A stretch of 64,000 nt of DNA, from IMG/VR virus record IMGVR_UViG_3300045988_098930; one strand, given 5' to 3'. Position 1 is the first letter of the stretch, and the number at the start of each line of letters is the position of its first letter. This document shows positions 36,563 through 45,979 of the stretch, piece after piece. The position numbers and the translations under genes are program-made. A model generated the notes under the pieces. It was not told the origin of the DNA. It searched no databases and worked only from the letters and a program-made list of their open reading frames with translations. Source of the stretch: a virus.

Positions 36563-36612
36563 AAATAGGGAACCTACTGGCCCAAAAGGCTGGTAAGTTC
36601 CCTATTTTTTAC
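36563..36612 (+). terminator. Rho-independent terminator (ATAGGGAA-stem family)
   Basis: Long hairpin AAATAGGGAACC...GGTAAGTTCCCTATTT followed by TTTTTT. Confidence 0.7.
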
Positions 36613-36672
36613 TCAATATGCTAAGGTTTATGCACACTAAATAAGCATTAACATAGTAAGCGATGACGTGTC

Positions 36673-36726
36673 AGGTCTGCCAATCTGAGTCGATGGTATC
36701 GACCGTGGTTCTGGTTTGGCAGACTT
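36673..36726. other. Candidate attP core for the serine integrase (nested imperfect palindrome)
   Basis: Arms AGGTCTGCCAATC and GGTTTGGCAGACTT flank the inner palindrome GTCGATGGTATCGAC. The site lies 65 nt from the integrase 3' end in the convergent gap. Confidence 0.3.
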
Positions 36727-36740
36727 AGAGTAAAATTGGC

Positions 36741-36781
36741 CCATATTTTTATCAGTTATAACTCATAAAAATATGGTTTTT
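36741..36781. terminator. Hairpin terminator in the convergent gap (serves the integrase and/or the plus-strand arm)
   Basis: Perfect 11-bp stem CCATATTTTTA / TAAAAATATGG, 14-nt loop, T-run on the plus strand. Confidence 0.6.
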
Positions 36782-36789
36782 CGATGGTC

Positions 36790-38295
36790 TTATAAGTCGT
36801 ATTTCCAAAAGATGCGGATTTCGTCTGTAAATATGCGAACCTCTTTTATCAGCATTGCGGCGACTTCATGGCGCTGTGCAATATCCATATAGGGCCACAT
36901 ATCCAGCGTGTCATACAGTTGTCGGGTGTTTTCGGGTGACGGTCTTTCCAGTATATGTTTTTGCAACGCAACCTCTATTTCATGGCGTTGTGTTTCTAAT
37001 GCAGCGATTTTATCGTTGAGATAACCTATGACCGTTGCAGAGCCTTGAGCGATTGCGTTCACCAAGTTGTCAATCTGTTCATTGATTTTATTGATTTGTA
37101 TTTTGTATTGTTGCTCCTTGATGTCGCACTCGGCAATCTGTTGTGCTTGTAGGTCGGAATGTCTTTGGATGTGTTGCATGATTTGGGTCTCAACCGCTTC
37201 TTCCACTTGTGCAATAGATACACGCGCATTATCATCACAAGTTCCGTAATTGGCATGTCCAGAGCATCGAAACTTTGGTACACCCTTTTTCATTACATCC
37301 GCTTTCATAGCTTTGCCGCAATAGCCGCATTTAATCAAACCAGTCAGCCATGAGTGTTTGCCTTGTCCTCCATTATATACCTGTGTGTTATTACTTAAAC
37401 GGTTCTGACACAACAAGAATGTTTGCGCATCAACTAACCCTTCATGTAATCCGATAGATAATGTGAGGCTTTTTAGCTGGTCGAACTTACGCCGTTTGTG
37501 ATCCCACTGCCCATACGTTACACAACCATTCACGCCTGCAAAGGCTTCAATCGGGTTGGTGATGTTGATGCCTGTTAAGCGATAGTAGTTATATATGTCT
37601 GCATTAGCCTTTACATATACGGGGTTGGACATGATGCGGCTAAGTTTGCAGGAGTCCCATGCTGCACCGCCCGGAGATGGCACACGCCGCTGATTGAGTT
37701 GCCTCGCCAATGCTCCTAATGATGTGCTTGTGTATGCGTATGCGTCAAAGATACCGCGCAATATCTGCGTCGTTTCTGGGTCGCATACCAGTGAACTCAC
37801 AGACTTGCCTTGTAGGGCGACCTTGGTTTTGATAAACCCATAAGGTGCTGTGGAGTCGTATGCTCCGTTTGCCGAGCGCATATAATAATTATCCCTGACA
37901 CGTAACTGTATAGTCTCACGTTCAAGTTGGGCAAAGACCATTATAATGCTCAACATGGCGTTGCCTATTGGGGTAGAGGTGTCAAATTTCTCGCGTGTAG
38001 ACTGGAACTCTACATTGTGTTGTTTGAATACCTCTATCATTTCTGCAAAGTCTAATAGCGACCTACTAAGCCTGTCCAGTTTATAGACCGTTACCTTATT
38101 GATTACGCCGGAATGAATGTCTTTCATCATTTCCTGAAACTGTGGACGATTTGTATTCTTTCCGCTAAATCCTTTGTCAATGTACACTTTTGTGGGTACA
38201 TCTATACCCAATTCTTGTTTACAGAGTTCAATTTGGGTTTCGATAGATAAACTGTCCTTTTTATCTAACGATTGTCTGGCGTATACCGCGTTCAT
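36790..38295 (-). CDS. int: Large serine recombinase (integrase)
   Basis: 501 aa. N-terminal resolvase catalytic domain (AVYARQSLDKKDSLSIETQ), Cys-rich zinc-ribbon segment and coiled coil typical of large serine integrases. Confidence 0.9.
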   Translation of the reverse strand: MNAVYARQSLDKKDSLSIETQIELCKQELGIDVPTKVYIDKGFSGKNTNRPQFQEMMKDIHSGVINKVTVYKLDRLSRSLLDFAEMIEVFKQHNVEFQSTREKFDTSTPIGNAMLSIIMVFAQLERETIQLRVRDNYYMRSANGAYDSTAPYGFIKTKVALQGKSVSSLVCDPETTQILRGIFDAYAYTSTSLGALARQLNQRRVPSPGGAAWDSCKLSRIMSNPVYVKANADIYNYYRLTGINITNPIEAFAGVNGCVTYGQWDHKRRKFDQLKSLTLSIGLHEGLVDAQTFLLCQNRLSNNTQVYNGGQGKHSWLTGLIKCGYCGKAMKADVMKKGVPKFRCSGHANYGTCDDNARVSIAQVEEAVETQIMQHIQRHSDLQAQQIAECDIKEQQYKIQINKINEQIDNLVNAIAQGSATVIGYLNDKIAALETQRHEIEVALQKHILERPSPENTRQLYDTLDMWPYMDIAQRHEVAAMLIKEVRIFTDEIRIFWKYDL

Positions 38296-38304
38296 GTGTC
38301 CCTC

Positions 38305-38454
38305 CTAATTTACACAGTACACGTCATCGCTTGATTTAATTATAACCTGTGCTTGGGATAATTGCAAATCAATTTCAGTTAAAAGCTGATTGGCAATAAT
38401 GGCTAAAGTGCTAAGATCGTCGGTCAGATTGGGGTAGATGTTCTTTATATCCAT
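38305..38454 (-). CDS. Small ORF (49 aa) directly upstream of the integrase
   Basis: ATG lies behind TGAGGTGAGGAAC. Translates to MDIKNIYPNLTDDLSTLAIIANQLLTEIDLQLSQAQVIIKSSDDVYCVN. The integrase RBS lies at its stop. Confidence 0.35.
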   Translation of the reverse strand: MDIKNIYPNLTDDLSTLAIIANQLLTEIDLQLSQAQVIIKSSDDVYCVN

Positions 38455-38485
38455 TTGTTCCTCACCTCATAAAACAATATATGCG

Positions 38486-38524
38486 AATAGGGAAGCTGTG
38501 TATGATAGCTTCCCTATTTTTTTT
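38486..38524 (+). terminator. Terminator-like hairpin (ATAGGGAA-stem family)
   Basis: AATAGGGAAGCT / AGCTTCCCTATT stem, 9-nt loop, T8 on the plus strand. It lies between dut and the integrase operon on the minus strand. Confidence 0.5.
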
Positions 38525-38527
38525 ACT

Positions 38528-38983
38528 CTACTTGCCGCTACTGCCGAACCCGCCTCGGTCAGCATTGCCGAGACTAATGACTGGTTCAAATTTGATTTCG
38601 CCAAACTCGGTCCGCATTGTATAGTTTAATCGGAACTGGCAAATGCGTGTCCCCTTGGGAATGGTAATATCTCTGGTGGCGTAAGCGGGGAACTTCCAGA
38701 TGTCGTTGTCGCCGCAATATGTGTTGTCGATCACGCCCATTGAGTTGGCCTGCAAAACACCATAATTCTTAAAGGTGCTGCTACGAGGTACAATATTAGC
38801 CTCTACCCCATCGGGTAACTGCATGGCAACACCCAGCGAGATGAGGGCGTACTCACCGGCTTGCAGAGTTACTGTTTCGGCTGTATAAAGGTCTATCCAG
38901 TCTGATTTCTTATCCCCGATATACCCCAATTCGGCGGGATAATCCTTAGTATAACGAATATGTATATTAGTTGGTCGTTTCAT
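38528..38983 (-). CDS. dut: dUTPase
   Basis: Trimeric dUTPase motifs: GVIDNTYCGDND and C-terminal RGGFGSSG. Confidence 0.9.
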   Translation of the reverse strand: MKRPTNIHIRYTKDYPAELGYIGDKKSDWIDLYTAETVTLQAGEYALISLGVAMQLPDGVEANIVPRSSTFKNYGVLQANSMGVIDNTYCGDNDIWKFPAYATRDITIPKGTRICQFRLNYTMRTEFGEIKFEPVISLGNADRGGFGSSGK

Positions 38984-39453
38984 TTAGTCTCCTGAAATAA
39001 ATATGTTATGTCTATAAGTTCTGGGCCAAGCGGTGCGTGTTCTACACGATAAAACCGTTGATTAGTTGTAAGACTGTTTAATGCGCCCAAAGATTGCTGG
39101 TAGCTACCCATTTTCAAATAGTCAGTAAGAGGCAATATGTCTGCCATTTCAGACCAATTATCATTGCCTGCATATACACAAGTTTTTAGGTGATAAGTCT
39201 TCGCAATTTGCAACGCTTTACACAGCTCGTCGATATTCTGTGTGCCACCCATAAAGCACACACAGGTGATATAGGGCGCATACTGTTCGACAACATCTAC
39301 CAGTGATGCCAGCAATGGGACCCCTACGTCTTCCCACAGGTGTGGGGAGTGGCAACCCTCGCATTTAAAAGGGCAACCACTCACCTCAAAAGCCAAACTG
39401 ACTTCATCGGGAACCTCTTGAAACACCACCGTATAAGAAGTGTATTTAAGCAT
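38980..39453 (-). CDS. nrdG: Anaerobic ribonucleotide reductase activating protein (radical SAM)
   Basis: CPFKCEGCHSP CxxxCxxC cluster, 157 aa, overlaps the nrdD stop. Confidence 0.85.
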   Translation of the reverse strand: MLKYTSYTVVFQEVPDEVSLAFEVSGCPFKCEGCHSPHLWEDVGVPLLASLVDVVEQYAPYITCVCFMGGTQNIDELCKALQIAKTYHLKTCVYAGNDNWSEMADILPLTDYLKMGSYQQSLGALNSLTTNQRFYRVEHAPLGPELIDITYLFQETK

Positions 39454-41696
39454 TGCCGTAATACCTCTTAGCAGCCTCCTTTTGCCGAGCTTCGCTAAAC
39501 TTTGATACGCGCTTTAGATAGCCTATAATGCGCGTTGCATAATCAATGTCTTCAGACCCGCACTTAGGACATTTTGTTAAAGTGTGTTTATCAATATAAC
39601 CGCACTTATTGCAAATAGTGTTACGAACATTAAAGGTGAAGTAAGAGCAACCTGTTTTGATGGCGTCTTGCATAATAATTTGATACTGCTTCTTGGTCAA
39701 ATGCTCTTGCAGATTCACATGATTAGCGCTGCCGCCATCAAGATACTGTGTGAGCTTGTTGCCGTGCAGGATAAATTTATCTATGAGATTGACACCATCA
39801 TCTTCGGGACGGAAAAAGTAGCTGTTATAACACTCGCGAGGAGAGAACAACCCGTCTGCCTTGTCCCATTTAGCATTTTTAACCCCGAGGTTTTCAGCAG
39901 GCACAAATTCGGTGTTAAACATCAGTTCATCTGTACGAGCTGCTTTATTCGCTTCAAAAATAGGTCTGAGTATCTTTTCGCCATACTCAAAATATTGTTC
40001 ATTGGGCGTAATGTCTATGCCAAGAAACTCTGCGCCCTCAACGAATCCATTGATGCCTATGGTTAAGAATTGTTTTTCTAAAGAGATATAACCTGCATCG
40101 TACACAGGCAGCAATTTGGACTTAAAATTGTCCTTCATAATCTCATTGAACGCTATCAGGTAGTGGTGGCACTCATCTACAATCTGCCGTACTGCATCAG
40201 ATATATCAATGCCGTCACGCACAGCCCACTGCACCAAGCGATTGATGTTGATGGTCATAACCCCCTTGGAGCCGGTTGCAATGCCCCCAGCACCTAACGT
40301 ATAAGAAAATGTGTTGTCTTGCAGCTCGTTCCGTAAACGGCAATTATGGGTGATCATGCCATTGGGCAGCGTAAAATATGGCTCGTCTTGGTTCCTACAT
40401 TCAAAGCAATACACAGAGTCATAATTGTTTGCTACACTGGTGATGTTTTGCACCTTAAAATAGATGCCGTTGTTGATTACTTTATATACGTCTGCCAATG
40501 TGCGCCGGTTTTGTGGCGTATACCAACGAACACACCACAACGGGTAGTTATGATTATATTCTTGTTCTCGGATAATGCATTTTTCATCTGTGCGATCTGA
40601 CACATCAATCACAGTGCTGAGACCCAATGATGTACACAGAGCTTCCAAGTCTTGAACGAGGCGTTCAGACGTAGTATAAATACGGTTGCTATTGCCCCCG
40701 TCTGTTGCATATAGTCCGTCTAATATGCCTTTGCGGAAATCGTAAGATTGCGCGAAAATAGATGGGTTAAGCCCTTTTTCTGCGGCGTACTTACCCACTA
40801 CATACTCCCGAATAAATGTGACCACTTCTTCTCCGCTAATACGTACAGGATATACATTATTGTAAGGTGTGCCTAATGTAAAGTCTCTGTCAATATCGCA
40901 ATCAGATAAAGCCTTACGCATAGCGCCTATACAATTAGTATATTTGGCTTCATTTAAAGAGAAGTCAGTTGAATAATAAATGGCATGATTTTTCGTCTCG
41001 TTTTGGCGAATACTCCCATCTCCCAAATACATACCAATCAGAAACCCTTGTTCGTAAGTAAGATGCAAGTCGCGTTCTTTGACTGCCATTAAAGGTCGAG
41101 TATTACAAAGAATGTAATCATCAGTAGTTAATTCGCTGACTGGCACATCTCCGCGCAAAGTGGGGAAGATATGATTGTCAGTTGCTTCAACAACTTTTTT
41201 GTTGGCTGTCTCTATGCGATACATAGGACGCACAGCCGGTAATGCAATAGTTTTTGCAGACACCCAACTGCCGTTATGGAACACTGTCAGATTTCTCTTA
41301 TCAGCCCACTTGGTATCATGCAATTCTTTAATGGGTATTAAACGTTCGCCGTCACTGGAACGAACAAGCACTTGAGTATCGGGAGCAAAACAACACGACG
41401 CGAGTGAGTCAACACTGCCACTACGATAAGTAAAGAAGCTATGCCCTTCGGCATACATTTCAGCGGCAAAATCTGCCCATTCTTGATCTACATAATTCAC
41501 TCCGTCATCCAGCAGATTCATTGTCTCCACGGGAAAGGTCAAAACTTGTTTAGTACGTTCTTTATTAAACCACTTCATAAAATATTTCTGAAGCCAACTT
41601 ACGCTCTCCCAACATGGAGTTGTACCATCAGGGAACACAAAATCTGTAAATATACCGTGAAAGTAAGGTTCGTCAAAGTAGGCAATATTCCAAAAT
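39446..41696 (-). CDS. nrdD: Anaerobic ribonucleoside-triphosphate reductase, exon 2 (contains an intein)
   Basis: NrdD-like sequence (FWNIAYFDEPYF...) starts right after an in-frame TGA. C-terminal Zn ribbon CNKCG...CPKCG and glycyl-radical motif RIIGYL. Confidence 0.8.
40343..41392 (-). mobile_element. Intein (350 aa) with LAGLIDADG homing endonuclease, inserted in the NrdD SCC|RLR motif
   Basis: Starts CFAPDTQVLV and ends MITHN, followed by +1 Cys. LAGLIDADG motifs are FLIGMYLGDGS and ILDGLYATDGG. The flanks rejoin to SLASCCRLRNE. Confidence 0.8.
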
Positions 41697-42648
41697 CATT
41701 TATATTCTATAAGGTTCGCTACACCTTATACGTTCTCTTATGAACTGCTATACATCACTGTATAGATTAGACCATATCACTATCCCTTAGAAGGATACTC
41801 CCCATTTCCATCACCAATCGCTTGTGATGTACTCGCTTGCGCGATGGTCGTTGAACCTTCCTCCATAGAGGCTTGGCTGCTGATTGTCTGTAACGAACGA
41901 TGTTTAGCCTTATGACAATCCGCGCATAAAGTCACTAAATTATTAGCGTCAAGAAATCTCGCATCGTGGGTAATAATGGTATATAATTGGTTGACATCTT
42001 TTTGCTTGTCTAAATCAGTATGCTCACTTAATATATCTCTTATAATACAAGCCAGCGAGTATATATGATGTACGTGCAAATTGCTGTGCGCTCCACATTG
42101 CTGACAGGTAAAATTATCTCTTTGCCTAATGAGAGGAGATATATTATTTTGGTAGTATTCTCTAACCCTAAGATTTAAAGGCGTAATTCCACCCTTCCAA
42201 TTATGGTGCTGACTACCACATTGCACACCGATTTTAGCTTCAGACGCGCCCCGAACAGGAATATTCATTCTACGTAATGCTCTATCTATAACGTGCGGAG
42301 CACAATTAAGCATCAGTCCAATTTGCTCTTTGGTTTTATGCTCAACAATATACCATTGATACAACATCGAATAATCGGTAAGTTCGGGAGGGCGATCTTT
42401 TTTGTGATATGCAAAATGAGATGCGGCTAAATCACGTCGCGTTATACCCATTTTTTGCAAATGATTAAGTACAGAACGGTGGCTTGTGCCTAAGATACGC
42501 CCTATTTCGGTGCTTGATTTCTTGTGTTCCAAATAAAGTTCTTGTATGCGTATATCGTCTTCTTCTGTTAAACGTCTGCCCATTTTCAGAGTTCCCAGCA
42601 ATTAAAGGAGTTTGCATTATTCATTACTGAATAAGGGCGCATTGTAAT
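41697..42648 (-). mobile_element. Probable group I intron interrupting nrdD
   Basis: Exon 1 ends GCGU, which can pair with intron GCGC (42640-42637) to give a U.G at the splice site. The intron ends in G just before exon 2. It carries an HNH ORF. Confidence 0.6.
41780..42601 (-). CDS. HNH homing endonuclease (intron-encoded)
   Basis: CQQCGAHSNLHVHH...NNLVTLCADCHKAKH HNH motif, N-terminal helix-turn-helix-like repeats. Starts at TTG 42601 or ATG 42583. Confidence 0.8.
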   Translation of the reverse strand: MLGTLKMGRRLTEEDDIRIQELYLEHKKSSTEIGRILGTSHRSVLNHLQKMGITRRDLAASHFAYHKKDRPPELTDYSMLYQWYIVEHKTKEQIGLMLNCAPHVIDRALRRMNIPVRGASEAKIGVQCGSQHHNWKGGITPLNLRVREYYQNNISPLIRQRDNFTCQQCGAHSNLHVHHIYSLACIIRDILSEHTDLDKQKDVNQLYTIITHDARFLDANNLVTLCADCHKAKHRSLQTISSQASMEEGSTTIAQASTSQAIGDGNGEYPSKG

Positions 42649-43286
42649 ACGCTTTGAAAATTCCTTGCCGCTGCGGGTTGATTAAGTGAATAGACCACCT
42701 GCTGAAACGCTGCGTCTATTCTGTCGCAGATTGTCTTTGGTTTGATGCTATGAATCACAATATCATTAGAGTGTTTATAGTAATCTTCACCAAACTCTCG
42801 TCGCAGAAAATAATCCAGATAGGTCAAAAACTCAGGAGTGGAGACTGCTCCAGCAAATTGCGCGGCCACAGCAAACACAAGGTTTACAAAAGAGCCGCAG
42901 AAAGAATCCAAATTTTTAGGCGCTTCGCTTTGCCCGCCCAATGGCACAAGACCATTAAAGAGAAAGGGGTAAAGTGTAATACTGACACAATAGACACTCA
43001 AGTTTGTCTCGTCGTGTTTGTACAACAGATGTGACTCCAATCTGTCGATATATCGCTCTGCCCATTCTTCACCGTACAATTCAGATAGCTTATTCATCAT
43101 TAGCAATCGGTTGGTTCCAATGGCCTCTCTTTTGTATATTTCGCCAGAGAGAGTAGTGATATTTTTACTCTCTACATTGGCATTAGAATCCACCTCACTG
43201 CCGGTTGAAGCATTACTGGCTGTTTTGTACTTATTTATAAAGTCTATATATTTTTGATAGCGATTCTTGTATTCATCTACTGTCAT
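42649..43286 (-). CDS. nrdD: Anaerobic ribonucleoside-triphosphate reductase, exon 1
   Basis: N-terminal NrdD-like region ending ...LNQPAAARNFQSV. The ORF-track tail LQCALIQ* would be intron sequence. Confidence 0.75.
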
Positions 43287-43489
43287 ATTCCTTCCTTTCT
43301 ACTCATCACCCACTTAAAGGCTTCAGCATAAGTCATCGTTACTTGCAGAATCGGTGCAGACATAAACCCCATTCGTTTAATGGCATTCGCGTCAATCACC
43401 TTCTCGTAATTGACATTTTCTGCGGACAATTTATTAGCCAGAACATCGCATTGCGGGCATCCCTCCGTCCCATACATCACAACCTTCAT
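43283..43489 (-). CDS. Glutaredoxin-like protein (NrdH-like)
   Basis: 68 aa, CPQC redox motif near the N-terminus, adjacent to nrdD. Confidence 0.7.
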   Translation of the reverse strand: MKVVMYGTEGCPQCDVLANKLSAENVNYEKVIDANAIKRMGFMSAPILQVTMTYAEAFKWVMSRKEGI

Positions 43490-44055
43490 TATTCAATCTC
43501 CTTCCATACTTCGTTGATATATGTGCGTGCCTCCGCTAATGTATTCACCCGCTTGATTAAATGCACGTCATCGTATTCGGCTCCGCGATTATTCCACGGC
43601 TGGTTCATACAAATGCGGTAAGCGTCATGCCTGACCAAGTTCGCAATACTGTCCTCAATGATGAAATCTCCCTTTACCCATTCTTTGCGGGTGCAACATA
43701 CGATATTGGCCGAATCAATAAACGGGAAGTGATGCTGTAACCAACCAACCCGCAGCTCAAACAGGTCTGGCGCAATGGCTGTGACAATGCGAATTTCATC
43801 ACCGTCATACACCATATCTTGCAGAGTTTGGACAACCCCTTCTGCCGTGTGCAAGCTGCGCCAAAAATATTTGTTCTCCCATATCTGACGTATTACAGCG
43901 GCATCATCAGGTGATAAACTGTCTTCTATGTGATAAGTGGTTAGGCTATTATAGTCTAATGTTTTACCTGTGGATATGGTATAAGCGTCCAGTGTGTCTT
44001 TAATCAGTGTGTTCAGCACACCGTCCACATCTACTATTACTTGCGGTCTGCTCAC
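43489..44055 (-). CDS. HAD-family 5'(3')-deoxyribonucleotidase-like protein
   Basis: N-terminal VDVDGVLN (DxDxV/T) motif, 188 aa. Confidence 0.6.
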   Translation of the reverse strand: MSRPQVIVDVDGVLNTLIKDTLDAYTISTGKTLDYNSLTTYHIEDSLSPDDAAVIRQIWENKYFWRSLHTAEGVVQTLQDMVYDGDEIRIVTAIAPDLFELRVGWLQHHFPFIDSANIVCCTRKEWVKGDFIIEDSIANLVRHDAYRICMNQPWNNRGAEYDDVHLIKRVNTLAEARTYINEVWKEIE

Positions 44056-44582
44056 TCTCTCACCTTCCCTGTTTTTATATATTCGTTAAGTTGCTGATAT
44101 GTAGTCTCAAATACGTCATTGTAAAAGACCACATCTGCTAATTCATCCGCATCGGCAAACATCACATCGTCGTTTGCTATACGCGCTTGAATCATTTCTT
44201 CGGTGTCTCCACGAGCTGCCATGCGCCTCTCAGCGAGGAATTTTATACACTTGAGAAGCACCACCCTTACTTTCTTTTTGCCCTTGTATCGTGCTTTGAA
44301 TGTCCGTATTCCGGCAGGGTCTATAACATAAATGTCACATTGCTCCACCTGCTCGGCAGTAGCAAAATAAAAGTTGCCGTCAAACATAGTTTCTGCAACA
44401 CGATTAGGATATTGGGTTTTTAAATCGTCGATGTCTTGATATGAATCCGACGCTATAAAGATGTGGCCTTGTTCGTTAGGTACTCTTGGCGGTCGTGTCG
44501 TATAGCTGGACAACTGTTTATAGCCTTCACGGTCGCATAAGGCTTGTGCCAGCGTAGTTTTGCCTACACCGCTACGCCCCAT
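44052..44582 (-). CDS. P-loop nucleotide/nucleoside monophosphate kinase (guanylate-kinase-like)
   Basis: GRSGVGKTT Walker A. The P-loop starts at residue 2, and the frame is open upstream (KIYLIM) without a canonical start. Confidence 0.55.
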   Translation of the reverse strand: MGRSGVGKTTLAQALCDREGYKQLSSYTTRPPRVPNEQGHIFIASDSYQDIDDLKTQYPNRVAETMFDGNFYFATAEQVEQCDIYVIDPAGIRTFKARYKGKKKVRVVLLKCIKFLAERRMAARGDTEEMIQARIANDDVMFADADELADVVFYNDVFETTYQQLNEYIKTGKVRE

Positions 44583-44604
44583 AATGAGATAAATCTTCTG
44601 TGCG

Positions 44605-44715
44605 TTAATCCTCCCCCTTCATGCTCCACTGTATAGCGCGAAAGCATAAATATGTCGCACTAAGTATACAAATCCAGCCGGATATAAACGACAACCACTC
44701 AACAATCTGCATCAT
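44605..44715 (-). CDS. Small hydrophobic peptide (36 aa)
   Basis: ATGATG lies behind GGAGGG. Translates to MMQIVEWLSFISGWICILSATYLCFRAIQWSMKGED. Below the ORF-track cutoff. Confidence 0.25.
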   Translation of the reverse strand: MMQIVEWLSFISGWICILSATYLCFRAIQWSMKGED

Positions 44716-44938
44716 TGCCCTCCGTAGTTAAAGCGTTATAGTCCTCTGCGCTGATTTCGATTACATTAGTGACGCGAATTATCGCCTCTTTACTAAGCTC
44801 ATCAAATGTCTCCCGGAACAGCGATATAACGTGTTGCAAGGGGAATAGGGGTGAATACGAGCAGATATACGAAGCATCTGTGCTTTCGTAACCGCTTTTA
44901 GAATCATAGACATAAAACTCAAAATACCAGTACCTCAT
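44699..44938 (-). CDS. Hypothetical protein
   Basis: 79-aa ORF in the tightly packed minus-strand operon. Confidence 0.45.
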   Translation of the reverse strand: MRYWYFEFYVYDSKSGYESTDASYICSYSPLFPLQHVISLFRETFDELSKEAIIRVTNVIEISAEDYNALTTEGNDADC

Positions 44939-44953
44939 TTCCTTTCCTTTCTT

Positions 44954-45241
44954 TTAATCCCAACCTTGACAGCCACAATAATATGTGTCATAAGGCTTAT
45001 CTGGCTGATACTCGAAGAACGGGAGATTCCATGCGCTTGCAGTGCGGTGGTCGTTGCTATAAACGCAGTGCGCTTCCCGTCCTTCCAACCCAGCAGTGTC
45101 GTCATGCAATTTACTTTTTATCTCCCAGCACATACAAATCGGACACACAGGGTCTCCTATTTCATCTATGGCAGAAGATATATGTCCACAGGCCATTAAG
45201 TAATGGGTCATTAACTCTCCTTTCGATGTAGTCCAAACCAT
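44954..45241 (-). CDS. Cys-rich hypothetical protein
   Basis: 95 aa, CPICMC and CGCQGW motifs. Confidence 0.45.
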   Translation of the reverse strand: MVWTTSKGELMTHYLMACGHISSAIDEIGDPVCPICMCWEIKSKLHDDTAGLEGREAHCVYSNDHRTASAWNLPFFEYQPDKPYDTYYCGCQGWD

Positions 45242-45831
45242 GCGTTATATACCGCATATCGCTTCAATATTGATGTGCTGGTGACATCGGGGTTATATGC
45301 CCGCAGGGTCATAAACAATGACCTCTCTCCAAATGGGCACTTGCTCATTTCGGGGCATCCACAACGGTAAATGCAATTCGGCACAAGCACATCTGCCAGT
45401 TCTGGCTCTATCTGATGCAGCGTAGCCTTGAAGTCCTCTGCATATTCACGGGTCTCAGGGCTGGCTTGGTAGCACAGTCTTTTACGCATAGTGTCGATCA
45501 GAGCTTGAGCATTGGCTTCGCCAGTAAAGTCCACCAGTGCGTCTTGCGGCAGTTTAGTGCGGTCAATGCCGGTGCGGTCTGTGCGCTGAGTTTTGACAAA
45601 CTTCTCCCACTTATGCCGAACCCAATGGACTGAAACCCATGAGGGCATTGCCAGCCACTTCCACTTCACAATGAGGTCGCGTATAGGGCTATGCTCTGCA
45701 ATAAGAATGTTGCGCTTAAATTGTTCCGAGGGTTCTTTGCCCAATGGCGACTTGCCCACAGTCGAACGGCAATCGTCAACAACCTCTGCCCAATCGCCTT
45801 TGATCTTTATGATTTCTGTCTTATCTTTCAT
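45211..45831 (-). CDS. ThyX-like (flavin-dependent thymidylate synthase family) protein, divergent
   Basis: AEHSPIRD...VHWVRHKWEKFVKTQRTDR parallels the ThyX GHxS...RHR...SQRY layout, but the SQRY-type motif is altered. Confidence 0.45.
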   Translation of the reverse strand: MKDKTEIIKIKGDWAEVVDDCRSTVGKSPLGKEPSEQFKRNILIAEHSPIRDLIVKWKWLAMPSWVSVHWVRHKWEKFVKTQRTDRTGIDRTKLPQDALVDFTGEANAQALIDTMRKRLCYQASPETREYAEDFKATLHQIEPELADVLVPNCIYRCGCPEMSKCPFGERSLFMTLRAYNPDVTSTSILKRYAVYNAWFGLHRKES

Positions 45832-45979
45832 CGGCCAATTCCTCTAAAACACCCATTGCTTCAGCAAATATAAAACCCATTGCCATGCCGTGAAGGTCGC
45901 CATGTATCCCCATATAACAGCCCACTATACGAGTCAAAGACTTAGCTATGGAAATCCAGAAATGTCCTTTACTGTTCAT
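45821..45979 (-). CDS. Small hypothetical protein (52 aa)
   Basis: Translates to MNSKGHFWISIAKSLTRIVGCYMGIHGDLHGMAMGFIFAEAMGVLEELADER. Overlaps both neighbours in operon style. Confidence 0.35.
   Translation of the reverse strand: MNSKGHFWISIAKSLTRIVGCYMGIHGDLHGMAMGFIFAEAMGVLEELADER

Noticed and set aside
38486-38524. This hairpin as the dut terminator on the minus strand.
   Set aside because: The T-run is on the plus strand. On the minus strand the hairpin is preceded by A8 and followed by non-T-rich sequence, so at best it is a weak bidirectional element.
41638-42648. nrdD as two independently translated polypeptides split by a free-standing HNH gene.
   Set aside because: NrdD-like coding sequence runs right up to an in-frame TGA with no start codon or RBS, and P1-like pairing with a U.G at the junction fits splicing better. 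This is not formally excluded.
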